A stretch of DNA of 63,928 bases, filler included, from Collodictyon triciliatum (lineage: Eukaryota), in the NCBI GenBank assembly GCA_043381765.1. It is 7 parts of 7 records of this genome, joined end to end, with 100 filler letters (N's around TTAATTAATTAA, not from the genome) between each part and the next. Parts side by side here need not be neighbours in the genome. Positions count along the whole stretch, not along the records: positions 40,090 to 50,002 come from JBHJMP010002853.1; positions 50,103 to 60,007 come from JBHJMP010002854.1; 5 more parts are not named here. One strand, given 5' to 3'. This document shows positions 41,731 through 54,800 of the stretch, one piece after another. The position numbers were made by a program, and so were the translations under genes. Under the pieces are notes generated by a model, which saw nothing but the letters and a program-made list of their open reading frames with translations, ran no database searches and had not been told where the DNA came from. Position 1 is the stretch's first letter. Each line of letters begins with the position of its first letter.

Positions 41731-44009
41731 GCGCTTGTGTTGCGGCAGGCTGCCAACCCTTTCCGTGGGGGTGCTTCCTTCTTTCCTCTTTGTTCTAACT
41801 TATTCCTCCTTTGTGCTGCTGTCCTTTGTGTTGCGTGTTTTCTTTTATTTTTTTGTGTGCGTGTGTGTTGTGTTTGGCTGGTTTTTGTTTGATGTTACTA
41901 ATTATTCTACAATGCGATTGCCTGCGAATTATATACCTCCTCCCTTCTTTTTTTTTCTTTGAAATTGAAATTGTCGCATTTTTAATAGACAGGCTGGTTT
42001 GTGTCCGTGGTGAGAGCTATTTGGGAACATATTCTTGCGGAAAGAATCAGATGAGATGATGAAAGGAAATGGAAGGAAAGGATGGCAGAGGGATTCGTGA
42101 TTGATTGCAATTTGGTGCAAGGATGTTGGTGAGATTTGAGTTTGGGATGGTTATTCTTTGTTGAGGGATTCATTGGGTGCGAAGTTCTGTTGCAGAGGTA
42201 TGTTTTTGTCATTTGATTTCATTCGATTCGATTTGATATGATTTGAATAGATTCGCTTGAATCGGCTGCAGCGGATGGATTGTTTTTGTTGCAAGTTTAG
42301 AGATAAATTACTCCTCTGCCATCCACCATATATTTTATCTATTTTTGGGTTTGCGTCGGATAATTCGCACAATTTGTTCGAAAGAAAATTTTTTTATTGC
42401 CAACAAGCGATTGAATCGTGCACTTGGTTGTGGTGAAAACTTTCTTTTTCTTTAGCACAAAGTCGAGTGCGATTTAGGCGCCTCAGTGGAAACTCGCTCA
42501 AGAGATTTTTTACAAATATTTCGAAACATAGCCTCCTTCTGCCATATAAGTGCCTTAGTAGATGGCTTATTGGAAAGCGTGCTGCAGGAGAATTCTTTCG
42601 ACAAAAAACAATGGACGGATTCTTGTGATGGTGTTATTTGGGTTGTTTTCCTGGAGCTTCAATCTAATATATATGCACGAAAAACTAGCCAAATTTGTCC
42701 ATTCGACGAAATGTCCCTTTTCGATAGAATATGCACTAATAAGAACAGTATCATTGAATATTAAATTAAATATTCCTTAGTATGGACACTCTCTGGGCTT
42801 GTGGCAACGTGGTGCGTAATCACCTTGAAACTTTTGGAAAAAAACATCTTTTGAGGCGCCACAAAACGTGGGCAATCCTTGTGAGCCACGGGAATTATGC
42901 TGCTCCCGCCTGTGTTTGTGGCTTGTGAACCCGCTTTTCCTTACTTGGAAAATAGACGACACAAACTCGTCCTTATGTTTTCTTCGTCTGTGTCCTGCGC
43001 AGACGGGTTTCTCCGCATCGTCGTGGCGTGTCTGTGTGTCTGCTACTTGCCTTGTCCATAAGTTCAAGCCCAACCTTCGTGGAAGATGGCTCTCGTGGCT
43101 AACAAAGCAGATGGTTGCCTACCCCATCCCATCCATTTTTTTAGGCTATGGATTTTGGTGAAGTGAATTCATGATGAGAGTCCCCTTTGCTAAGGTCTCC
43201 CCTCAGCATTTCTCTTTTCCTCCATTTAATACCCATTGACTCTTCTCTCTTCACTCGCTTTTTGTCTCATATATTTCTTTCCGTCGCTCTCTATTTTTTT
43301 TTTTAAAACATACAAAAACCTTAAAAATGCTCCAATCGCTCATTCTTGCCTCTTAAGATGAATTTAGTTTATGCGAGTAATCCAACGAATCCTCAAAACT
43401 TTCTGGTTATGAAACGATGTATTTTCCCATCCCGACAAGCAAATAAAGGAGTGTACGAAGGTACAAAATTCACACCGATTAATTTTATTCATTTATTTTT
43501 CTGTTCATGTCTAGGTGTGAGATTGTCTGTCGTTACAGGAAAAATCGAAAAAGGGCAAGGGCATCACACTTTGCTATTTAAAAAGATTGTTGGTTGGTGC
43601 CCACACAATTGTCGTAATGACTCAACGGCAACTAGGAGATTTTACTTCGTTTATTTGAGAACTTACTGTAGTATGGTTGGCAATACTTTTAGCATGCCCC
43701 AACAACTGGAATGATGTCCAACCAAATATGCAAAGACTAATAATGGATTGCAGAACTCGCTCCAAGGCCTATTCCCATTTGAAAATATCTGGTACTGTCT
43801 AAAAACTAAAGCCTGGTTATTTAATATAAACATCTATCTGTGTGAGGGATTGAAATCGTTGTAGAGAATATTGCCATAATTTAAAAGAAATGATTGGAAT
43901 ATATCGTGGTTTGTTTTCATCGCAAGGCCACTTTGTTTATATGACAATCGCAGGCGCAAAGAAAATTGATTGAAAGATTTGGCATCCAGCCCGTAATATA
44001 TGACACTAG

Positions 44010-44815
44010 GTCTTTTCTTTTCTTTTGTTTTTCTTTTTCGATTATTTTTCGATTATTTTTCGATTATTTTTCGATTATTTTCTCTTTATCTTTACTCTTT
44101 ATTTTAATTAATAGTGTCACAAGGTTATGCAACACGCAAGGTGCAAGAAAAGTGCTTATGGTAGAGAGCAAACGCGAGTAAGAGAAGACACTACCGTGGA
44201 GAGGGTAGCACTGGAAGAAATCAGTGATAGCGAGTTGGTCAGGTGGGCGACCCAACTGGTTGATTGGTTGCGTGGGTAGCGGGGGTTGAATGTGCTGTGG
44301 GAGATACCACACGATACATTCCACGTCCCTCTTCGCTTGCGGTCAGAGTAGCGAAGAATGCGAGCGTGTTTCAGCAAACTATTCAAGAAGCTATATTGCA
44401 TGACGCTTTCAAGCCTCGATACATTGATTTCTCGATCGGGTGAATCATTGGAGCGAGAGAATGCACACACACTCCATAAGAACCACAGTATATGTCCCCT
44501 TGTGACTGTCCAGAGTATTCTAGAGTTGTGGGTCATTCGTTATTGGTGTGCCAAACAGGATGTCGGACGCGCTGAGTCCGTTGGGAGCATTGTCAAGCTC
44601 AGATAGCATCTTGTGGGTAGATTCTGTCACTTTTTGAGCAAAGAAAAAACTTAATAAATGTGTGTTCGATAGAGTCATCTCCACTATGGCACATGGTGCA
44701 TTCTGTAGAGGTGTTGCTGCATGGACAACGCGCGCACCTATCCACAGCCCTCTGTTGGAGATATTGAGCAGTAGGGCGCGGTGATTCGGGAGTGTCTGGC
44801 GTGCCCAGATGAGGA
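44010..44815 (-). mobile_element. 5'-truncated degenerate non-LTR retrotransposon (L1/Tx1-like ORF2 C-terminus, zf-RVT region)
   Basis: Frameshifted peptides IWARQTLPNHRALLLNISNRGLWIGARV, CTMCHSGDDSIEHTF..FLC (CCHC knuckle) and LWTVTRGHILWFLWS, then AATAAA and an A-rich tail at ~44110-44010. It matches 63891-63928 at 36/38 nt. Confidence 0.7.
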
Positions 44816-44838
44816 AGAGAAAAAAAAAGTAAAACTAA

Positions 44839-44910
44839 TTCCGATACCGGGAATCGAACCCGGGTTGTATGGGTGAGAGCCATACGTGCTACCGACTACA
44901 CCATATCGGA
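44839..44910 (-). tRNA. tRNA-Glu (anticodon CTC)
   Basis: TCCGATATGGTGTAGTCGGTAGCACGTATGGCTCTCACCCATACAACCCGGGTTCGATTCCCGGTATCGGAA. It has a 7-bp acceptor stem, a TATGG/CCATA anticodon stem, a GTTCGATTC T-loop and a downstream oligo-T terminator. Confidence 0.95.
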
Positions 44911-45668
44911 TTGTTATTCTACAGGAACATTAAGGAAATATAATATATTATGTATATTTCTGGATTTTAAATATCAATTATACTGTATCTCACAATAAGG
45001 CTTACTTATTATACAATAAATTAATCATGTTTATTAAAATATACAATATAATAAGAATCCATATCAGAAGCGGCTTTAATCATGCACGACTCAGTTCTTT
45101 CGTATTTTATGAAGTCCAAGAATGTTGGGTTTGTTCTGGGTGCACAGGGTTTCCATGGAAAGTCAATAAAACGGGATAATTATTAGTACTTGTCCAATAC
45201 TGGAATAAATAGGAACTTGAATATTCCCATATATGTGTTCACCCAGATATGGCCTAGGCGCGTGGGCATTTGTCTGTTCGTGTGGGTGCGACTTAAATTA
45301 ATCTTTCGAAATGGCACAAACGGACTTTGGTGGTCAACAAAAGCGAAGCGCCTTTTCGCGCGGTCAATGGTCGGACAGTTTGAGGCTCGTGCTGCTAATT
45401 CCAACACAGCGCCGGGACTTAGTGCTTGGCGTGATGACATTCGTCATGTGGAGGACAGTCTATTTTCTTTTGATCAATGAAAGAGCGTCGCTTCTCCCTA
45501 CGACTTTTCGATGACGAAGAAGGCATCGATGATAATAATAATAAAAAAAAATCGTTCTCGTCATGACAATGACTGCCAGTACAGTTTCTGTCACAACTTC
45601 TCTACTCTCTGTTTTTTTCCTTTGGACTGACGATTCATACGAATTGATTCGCAGGAAGTAAAGCCACG

Positions 45669-48600
45669 ATGGCACAAGCTGCTCCTGCCGTCCAAACCAC
45701 AAACTCTGGGGTAACCAAAGCCTATTTTTGCATCCCCTTGCAAAGTCTTCAAACTTTCTTATGGCCTTCATTCTTTCCTCTTTCCTCCCCATAATCCCTT
45801 CGCTGACAACTACACCAAACGCAGTGTTAAAGCGGCATAGAAAGAAAGGAAGAAAAAAAAGGCCACAAAGTCAATCAAGCCCAGAGTTCATGATCACCAG
45901 AATCACACTGTTTCGTATTGTAGGCCACGGGGGCTCTTCTTTTCGCCGCCAGCCGCGGGGATGTCTATGGGATTTCCCAGCTGGTCAACCAGCAACACGT
46001 CAATGTGGGCGAAGGTGATTATGACAACCGCACTGCACTGCATCTTGCTGCGTCTGAAGGCCATGACGAGGTTGTGCGCTATCTCATTTCCCTGGGCGCC
46101 CCTGTGAACGCTACTGATCGCTACGGGCACACCCCTTTGGATGGTTTGGCTAATTCCTCTCTCTTTCCTACTTCCTTTTTTTTTTGGGTCGATTTCTTTT
46201 CAATATATTATTTTCTCAAAAAGAGAGTCTCGTTGGGGAGAAAAGCAGTATGCAATAATGGTGGTTACTATTTTGACATACATTTGGTTGTTTGAGTACG
46301 CATGATACAAACAAGCCTACATTCAACATAGATGCCTTGCGTTCTCGCCATAACGTTGTGGCGGCAGTCTTGAAAGAAAATGGAGGTATTCATGGAAATA
46401 GCAAAAGACTGGAACAAGAGCTTATCTCTGCTGGTTTGTGATTTTTTTTTACATTTTTATTTTTCCGAAAATTATCTTCATCGATCAACAAATAATCTAT
46501 GTGAGGAGTCGCTCTTTTAATCACCCAAAAACTAAATTTCCCTCATGAAAGAAGGAAACAAAGAACATATCATACACATCAATTAGTTTCAACTGGACAA
46601 AAGCAATTCACATTTCTTTTATTTTGCATGACACAATAGCTAAGGAAGGAAATATGGGGGATGTCGAGCGCCTTGTCCGTGCAAACGCTGGCCTAGTGAA
46701 CTGCGCAGACTATGATGGACGCACACCCTTGCATCTGGCTGTATCTGAGGGCCATATCCAAATCATTACCTACCTCCTCGAAAACAAAGCCAACATTAAC
46801 GCTGTGGACCGCTTCGGTGGAACGCCCCTGACCGATGCCATTCGCTTGTCGGCTCGTGTCGGTAAGGACGAAGTCCGTGAATTGCTCGAGAAGTACGGTG
46901 GACAGTCTCGACCTGGCCAAGGAAAGAGCTACTTTGTGCCCATCTTTGCCTTCTTTCAGTTTGTTCTCATCATTCTCTTCGGTGTCTTTGTCCGCTACAA
47001 GCAAGGGCTTTTTAGTGAGAAAGGAGATGAAGACGTCGACCGGCTCTACCCCCTGTATCAGGATGTCCACGTCATGATTTACGTCGGGTTCGGTTTCTTG
47101 ATGACCTTCTTGCGCAAGTACGGCTACTCCTCCGTCGGATACAACTTCATGATTGCAGCCTTTGTCTTCCAATGGTACATCCTTTGCGGTGGCTTCTGGC
47201 ACAAGGCATTCAACGGCGGATGGTACGAGATGATTCATGTGGACATCTATCACATGATCTTGGCTGACTTCTGCGGAGCCTCTGTTCTCATCACTTACGG
47301 GGCTCTTCTTGGAAAGGTAAAGCCAAATTTGTACTTTTATACATTTTGAGGAATACAGTGTGATACTTCAGTATTAAAGAAATATTAGGCATCAACTTGA
47401 ATGAATTTCCCTCTCACAGTTTCGAATCTTACATTAGACATCTCCAACACAAATGCTGCTGATTGCATTCGTAGAGACCATATTCTTTTCCCTCAACGAA
47501 GCCATCTGCCTTTATCTCGGTGTTGCTGACGTAGGAGGTTCCATGGTTATCCACAGCTTCGGAGCATACTTTGGTCTTTCGGCCAGTATCTTCTTGACAC
47601 CCAAACAAGCAAGAGGACGCTCTGACAATGCCGCTAATTACAGGTTCGTGCTTCACCTAACATATTCAAAGGCGGGTTATTGATGTATTTATGCAAATTC
47701 TGTCTTATAATTGACAAATGTGTTTTTAATCCATAATTATTCAGGTCTGACCTTTTCGCTATGATTGGCACAATTTTCCTTTGGATGTACTGGCCAAGTT
47801 TCAACGCAGCCCCGTCCACACCCGACTCCACCCACCGTACTATCGTCAACACGGTTATTGCATTGTGTGGGGGCTGTGTCTCTGCATTCGTTGCCTCACG
47901 CAAGTTCCGAGGAGAGGACATCTTCAACATGGTCGATATCCAGAATGCTACACTCGCTGGTGGGGTGGCCATCGGGTCTGTTGCGAATATGGTTATCAAC
48001 CCATACGGTGCTTTGATTATCGGTTGCTGTGCGGGAACTGTTAGCGTACTTGGTTATGTGTACGTCCAACCGTTCCTGGAGAAGCACCTCAACCTTTATG
48101 ACACATGCGGTGTGAACAATCTCCACGGCATTCCCGGTATCTTGTCTGGTGTGACAAGCGCCATCGTTGCTGGCACAGCAAAGTCGAGCCTCTATCATGG
48201 AGAAGAGCATCTTCACAATATTTTCCCCGGACTTGATAGCTGGGGTCGCTCCACACAAGAGCAGGCAATTAATTTTGGGACATGATTCATCATTTTTTCG
48301 TATCGAAATTACTCCAAATTTCAGTAGCTTTCCCATTTAGTAGGTTTTTTTTTTAGTTTGTATTTTTTTTATTATTATTAAAAAATACCGATGATATTTG
48401 CAGGCTGGTGTCCAGATTGGATTTTTGGGCATAACTCTTGGCATCGCCATCGTTACTGGTGCCGCCACGGGGTATGTCTTAAGATATGTCGAGCCTGCAT
48501 CGAAATATTTCAGCGATTCTGAGTTCTGGGAGGTACATCCTCTATAATAATTCCTACAATTCGTTAAAGAAATGATGTTGCCTAATGAATGGCCTTCAGT

Positions 48601-49049
48601 ATCTCATAACAGATAGAGATTGCCAATCCTAATTCTTTTGTCTCTGTAAGGTCCCTCACCTGGAAACTCCCTACTACTTTGACCTCCGCGGTGAAATCAA
48701 CCGTGAAGGAGAAAAGAACAAAAAGAAGGGAGATACCAGAGAAGCTTCTCGTGCTGAATATGCTCATGACGTTGAGTTGCAGGTTCGTTCTCAAATGTAA
48801 AAAAACAAAAAAAAAAAAACATGTGCTATGTATAAGTGACTTCACATACGGCTCGTAGGATTGAATGAGTCTTATCTTACCTTTTCGTGTCTGTTATACC
48901 AGCCCCTGATTCCTGTCCAAAGTGCTGCGCAGCTGGTTCCTCAGGCCCCTTCGACACCTGCTGACTACCAAATGCACTTGCTCCTCAACAAGATGGACAT
49001 CCTTCTCCAGGCCCTCGCCGAGAAGAAGCGTAGGGAGACACCTGCCTGA
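45669..49049 (+). CDS. Ankyrin-repeat / Rh-type ammonium transporter fusion protein
   Basis: Ankyrin repeats (DYDNRTALHLAASEGH...DRYGHTPLDDA; DYDGRTPLHLAVSEGH...DRFGGTPLTDA) run within one exon (~46640-47316) into Rh motifs YPLYQDVHVMIYVGFGFLMTFLRKYGYS. Later exons give GGSMVIHSFGAYFGL, SDLFAMIGTIFLWMYWPSFN, IQNATLAGGVAIG and DTCGVNNLHGIPG. Confidence 0.93.
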
Positions 49050-49549
49050 AATCTTTTAATTGTTTTGTGTTCATGGGGATAGATTTACTTATGAGGGTTT
49101 AATCGAATTTTTCCTTATTAATTATCGAATAGACTAACGAGCCAAATCCACCCACGTCCCCTCCGTGAGGATGAAAGAGCAGACCACGAATGACGAGGAA
49201 TCGCTAAACGACTTATTGAAAAACTCGCTTGTTGGACGAGAATGATACGTACACCGCGTTGTGTTCTCTGTCTCTGGACTGAACCTTTTGCGTAGCTGAG
49301 CCACTGACCTGCAGCTTGCCAATCTATCCAACTTCTCTCCCATCATTTTCCTGCCCTTCCATCGCCCAGCCTTCTCCCACCGAGGAGTGACGGAATAAAA
49401 AATAAAAAAAAATAAAAAAAAATAAAAAAATAAAAAAATAAAAAAAAATAAAAAAATAAAAAAAAATAAAAAAAATAAAAAAAATAAAAAAATAAAAAAA
49501 TAAAAAAATAAAAAAAATAAAAAATAAAAAAAAAGACAAAACAGATAAA

Positions 49550-49880
49550 TCACTTTGCGGTGTGTTCTTGACCATTTTTTTCAGTCTGTTAGCGCCACGT
49601 TTGGCGAGCCTGCTTTGTTTGGCAGAGATAAATAATTTTCCAGAAATGGATGGTGTGGGCTCTTTTTTTTTTTTTGGTTGCCCAGGCCAAAACACCTTCA
49701 CAAGCGCGATTCGCTTGGGTGGGTTTACAGGCAAATATGCTGCAAAGTCTGGCCGGGATGCTGAAACATTATAGCTGGCAACACCCCTTCCTCTGACTAA
49801 CAAAGATCGAATACTATCATTCAAAGTGTTGATTGGAGGTTGTGTAGTTGTTATGGCTTCTAGCAAAGTCCGATACTTTG
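49550..49880 (-). CDS. Probable 3' exon of an unknown gene truncated by the linker
   Basis: Open frame TLLEAITTTQPPINTLNDSIRSLL...KKMVKNTPQ bounded by AT-rich intron-like tracts. No family recognised. Confidence 0.35.
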
Positions 49881-49909
49881 TGTGCCTATGATTATTGTGT
49901 GTCACTTCG

Positions 49910-49941
<32 letters not shown>

Positions 49942-49949
49942 TTTTTTTT

Positions 49950-49981
<32 letters not shown>

Positions 49982-50319
49982 TTTTTTTTCTATTATTTTT
50001 TTNNNNNNNNNNNNNNNNNNNNNNNNNNNNNNNNNNNNNNNNNNNNTTAATTAATTAANNNNNNNNNNNNNNNNNNNNNNNNNNNNNNNNNNNNNNNNNN
50101 NNTTTTGATTTTTGATTTTTGATTTTTGATTTTTGATTTTTGATTTTTGATTTTTGATTTTTGATTTTTGATTTTTGATTTTTGATTTTTGATTTTTGAT
50201 TGTGTTTGTGTTTGTGTTTGTGTTTGTGTTTGTGTTTGTGTTTGTGTTTGTGTTTGTGTTTGTGTTTGTGTTTGTGTTTGTGTTTTAAATTAATAATAAA
50301 TTTTTGGGTGAGTAGACTA

Positions 50320-51793
50320 TTTACTTCTCATATTCATGTGGGTTGCTGAAGCCAGTCGGTTTTGTCCCCTGCAAGTAGATTGGTGAAAAAAAAAAACGTG
50401 AGTATTTGATGTCTGCACAACTTTTTGGAACAAAAACAAGTGAGAAGGCTAACCGTGTAGTATTTGCAGTGCGATAGAGCATGAATCCATATGGCGAATG
50501 TGTATCGGTCAGGTGCAATTAACGTCTTTGACCCACTGAGTGTCTTCAGAATGAATGTCGCTTCCTCGAAATTGGGCTGACGGTTTTCGCATTACGTTAG
50601 ATTTATAATTATTCGGGATGACAAATCAGATATACATAGATCGAAGCAACTGGCCAAAGTTGACGTCTTTTCTTGGAAAAAAATATACTTGATTCAAATT
50701 AAGTGAATAAAAAGGAAATTATATGAATACTACCTCAATTTTTGTGCATTGAAATAGATCAACCCTTTCTGTCACTTGTGAACGAGATTTTTCATTTGTT
50801 GACTTTATTAAAAGAATGTCAGCTATGAAATGATCTTAAAATTCAAGCTCTAGTACATGTATTATTCTGCTACGTGTAAAAAAGAAAAAATCAAGTTCAG
50901 ATGTACTTAAAATTGACTCCTTTGTTGTTATTTTCGTCTAGGAACTGTAGAAATAAAAACCTTTTCATCGGACAAAATCAAGTAGTTTGATTCTGTTTTG
51001 ACATATTTTCTCTTCAAACGAATACCATCTTTCAGCTTGACGGATTAATAAAGCAAAGCATTGCGAAATTGATTAGTTTAACACACCTGAAATCAATATA
51101 TGCAACGCAGACAATAAAGAGGTGAATAAACTGCGAAAGGATTCAAGTAAAGCGAAACAAAATAAAGGGGAAAAGGAAAAAAAGGGGAAAGGGGCAAAAA
51201 GGAAAAAAGGAAAAAAAGGAAAAAAGGAAAAAAGGAAAAAAATGAAAAAAAGTGGCATACGCACCACCAGATATCCGGAAATGAGTTTGGATTCTTCGTC
51301 ATAATCGACGTTTGGCGACCCAACGCTGGAGTGGCCAAGAGAACTCGAACGTCTTGAGCTTGCATCGTCTTCCACCGGGGCGCTTGTTTCGGTACTTGGA
51401 CGGATTATCTTATAAGGACCGTGCTGTGTACGAACAAGCATGATTGCAAATGTACATCAAATGAGTACGTGGATGTCAAAGGCGAATGGGTGTGAATGAA
51501 TACGTAGGTGTCAAAATCAGGGAGGATTGGAACGTCATATTCAACAAGAAAATTTAAATGCATTGGAATAAACTCACCAATGGGATTTTGGAGACAACGT
51601 TGTATATGTATTTACTCTTTGCAACCAGACTTTTTGTTGTCTCATTTGAGAGTAATTGAGATACACATTCCGCAGCTGCTATCTGGTAGACTTCGTTTGT
51701 ATGTCGCAACATACCAATTGCCAGGCTAAGCATGGCATCAGCCCTGATATAAATATATGTCACAATACGGCTGGGTGTGTTCAAAATAATAAA

Positions 51794-51877
<84 letters not shown>

Positions 51878-54800
51878 TCATCCAATGGTGTCATGTCATT
51901 ATTATATTATTTTATTTTACTTAATCGGTTTGTTGAGATATGTTTAATGACTCACGAAACGCGGAACTTTAAAAAGTTTGCGTGAACAAGACGACAAATG
52001 AAATCACTATCTGTTCCAAGTGACCGAACCCATTCGCTGGCAATTTCGGGAGTCAGCTGATTGGTTGAGTGTGGTTTAACTCGTAAATACTTATGAATGT
52101 AACTAGAGTATAGAATAGACACATGTATTTGTTGAAGGCTAATAGGTAAGATGTAGGAGAGGACACAGCAATTACATACCCTTGAAAAGTACAATGTTGT
52201 CGTCCCAACGCGAAGATTAATTATGTGACCAATAATCACATCAAAGTTCTGTTTGATATTATATTCACAATTTAATTTATATGAAGGGTGCGTCCTCCTA
52301 GGAATATGTTGACATCTAGCGTTATATATTCAAGTATAAAATATTGAAAAAAAACCTCCTGCTCGGCCAAGCTACTCTTTGAACGCTTCTCGCACCAACT
52401 ACGCAATGAAAATCAATAGGGATATGGGTAACCCCAAATAAAAAAAAGTGCCATTTTGGTTATTTGCCGTTCATTAAATAAGAGAAAAAGGAGGAGATAG
52501 TATAGTAAAAAAAAACCCTGTGAAAGTCGATAAATTATCAAATCCTCCATCGAGAAAAGCTCCCAAGTATCGATTTAGTAGCTTTGTTCCTTCTTCATCT
52601 GATTCTAATGTACAATCCAGTATAACCATGCGGTTAGAACGTATCATTAAAAAAAAATACACTTGTCCAAAATAGTAAGATAGATGTTAAATAAGGAAAA
52701 GTCAATATTGACTCTAAAATAAACTCATCGCATACTTTTTATCAGCTTTGATTTGAGATCTGCAAAAACTTCGTTGAAACTCATCACGAACTCCAGGTCT
52801 ACACAAAGAAGTAAAACTCTTTTAACGTAAAAAAAAATAATAATAATCACCGACAAGAATATTGCCTAGATTAAAAATTTCATGAAATTTGAAAATACAC
52901 GTATCAGTTGCATTACCTCTAGAACCAGCTTTAGAATCGAGGGAATATTCAAACGATTTTCTGACACTCTAATCGTCGATTTGTCAATTTTAAAAAAAAT
53001 TAATGCGGCCCAAATATAGAATTGTTAAGCTTTCAATTAGGAATCATATTATAAAGAGTATAAAACAGAAAGATAATATGTCTTTACATGGGAGTATTTA
53101 AATTCATTTTTATTTTATTATTGTTTTCTTTTGTGCGAGGTTAATTTATTTTTTTAGAAAGAGAGAGAAATTACATCTAAATGGTGTCTGGGGAATGGAC
53201 GAATCCGAAATGAATTATTTGCCCATTTGTAATACTCATCTGTTACTCTATATAGATCAAAGAATTCGTTGCGGGGGTGAGTGTTGAGATATTATAGTTT
53301 GAAGCAGCGCGCGCTGTTTGAAGTAGTGGGTAGTTTATTATCATGAATATAGAAGAGCACGTATACACTTACTCTAGACTTTGCACCTTTTCAGCGATTC
53401 CTTGGATATCGTACTGGCAAGTTTCCGGGCCAATACTCTCAATTACTTTGGTGATAATCGTGTCGATCTCTATTAATGCACAAAGAAAGGTGAAACATAA
53501 TTTAAATAAGTGCACGTGTTTAGCTTCATCGAACGACAACTACTAATTTCTATTGAAGATATCTTTCTTAAGGACTTTTTTTGAAGAGAAGGAAATTGAT
53601 TGGAATGTGAATGATAATGAAGTAAATATCTCATGATGAAAGAATGGAATAATGAAAGAGGAAACCCCCAAGAAACAAAATGGACCTGATCGAGAGGGAT
53701 TTTTGGAAACGGTAGCATTAATTATAATAATCTCTGATGTGATGCCCGTAGGTGGTAGATCTACAATTTTTTTTGTTACAAATGTGGACATGAAAAGCAA
53801 ATATGATTATTCAGAGTTATTACTGTAAACGGCCTCATATTGTTTTTCCTCCTCTTCATGCCACCCTAATTTGCAAGGGCAAAACTTCAAGTATGGACAT
53901 GTAGATAAAAAAAACATTTACATTTTCTGAGGAATACGCAGTTGTAGGCATTTATGTCATGGGCTTGTCCAAAAGTCTGTGTTTGAGTTTTTATTTGCTT
54001 TGGAAAGAATTATATGAAGCACAAAGCTCGATAGGCGCTGATTTCAGTAATAGTAATAGCAAATAAAAGATCAAGAAATACCTTCCAGCAAAGCCACGTA
54101 GAGGAATCATTCTTTGTCATATTTGTCTTTGAGTGCTCCGTGGATGAAATTAATTCCGCTCCAGGATTTAACTATGAAATGTTTATGTGACTCATACTTA
54201 TTTTCAATCATGTCACAAAGGGGTATTTTTCTTTAACAACTAGGAAACGAGAACCACATTGAATTAAAAATATTTCGGTACTTTATCACGAACATCATCT
54301 AACGCAAATCACAAACTAGTTCCATTTTAGAATAGGAAATTATGCGATTGTCTCTCACATTATAAAACTGTTCTTCGGCATATTGTTTCAATAATTCTTT
54401 CTCGTATCCCTCCCATTGAATGTTGATGTATGACGTCTTTTCAAACGTCAATTCCAGCTTTTGATCTAGAAAATAGAGGTGTGAAATCATTTTATCGAAT
54501 TCGAGTGAAAGAACAAGCGAAACATAAGATTTCAGATATTCCCTATTTATGTGTGGGACTGCAAAGCCACAGTGATATGATAACTTAATTACATTCAAGT
54601 TGAAAGCGGTCTGATGTCACAGGTTTCGTTGCTTTCGGTAGATGAAATTGATAGTTTCCAACTTTGAAGATTTGGTCGCTATGTAAGTTAAATTTGATCA
54701 GGGTATTCCAGTTAATATCATGATTGGTAGAATAACGAATATTAGAGAAAATTTCATTGCGCAGAATGTCATCGAGACAAACAAATTTTTCTTGAAAAGT

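Noticed and set aside
42777-43161. Moderately GC-rich short ORFs upstream of HMG paralog B
   Set aside because: No recognisable motif or convincing splice structure; cannot be supported as a gene.
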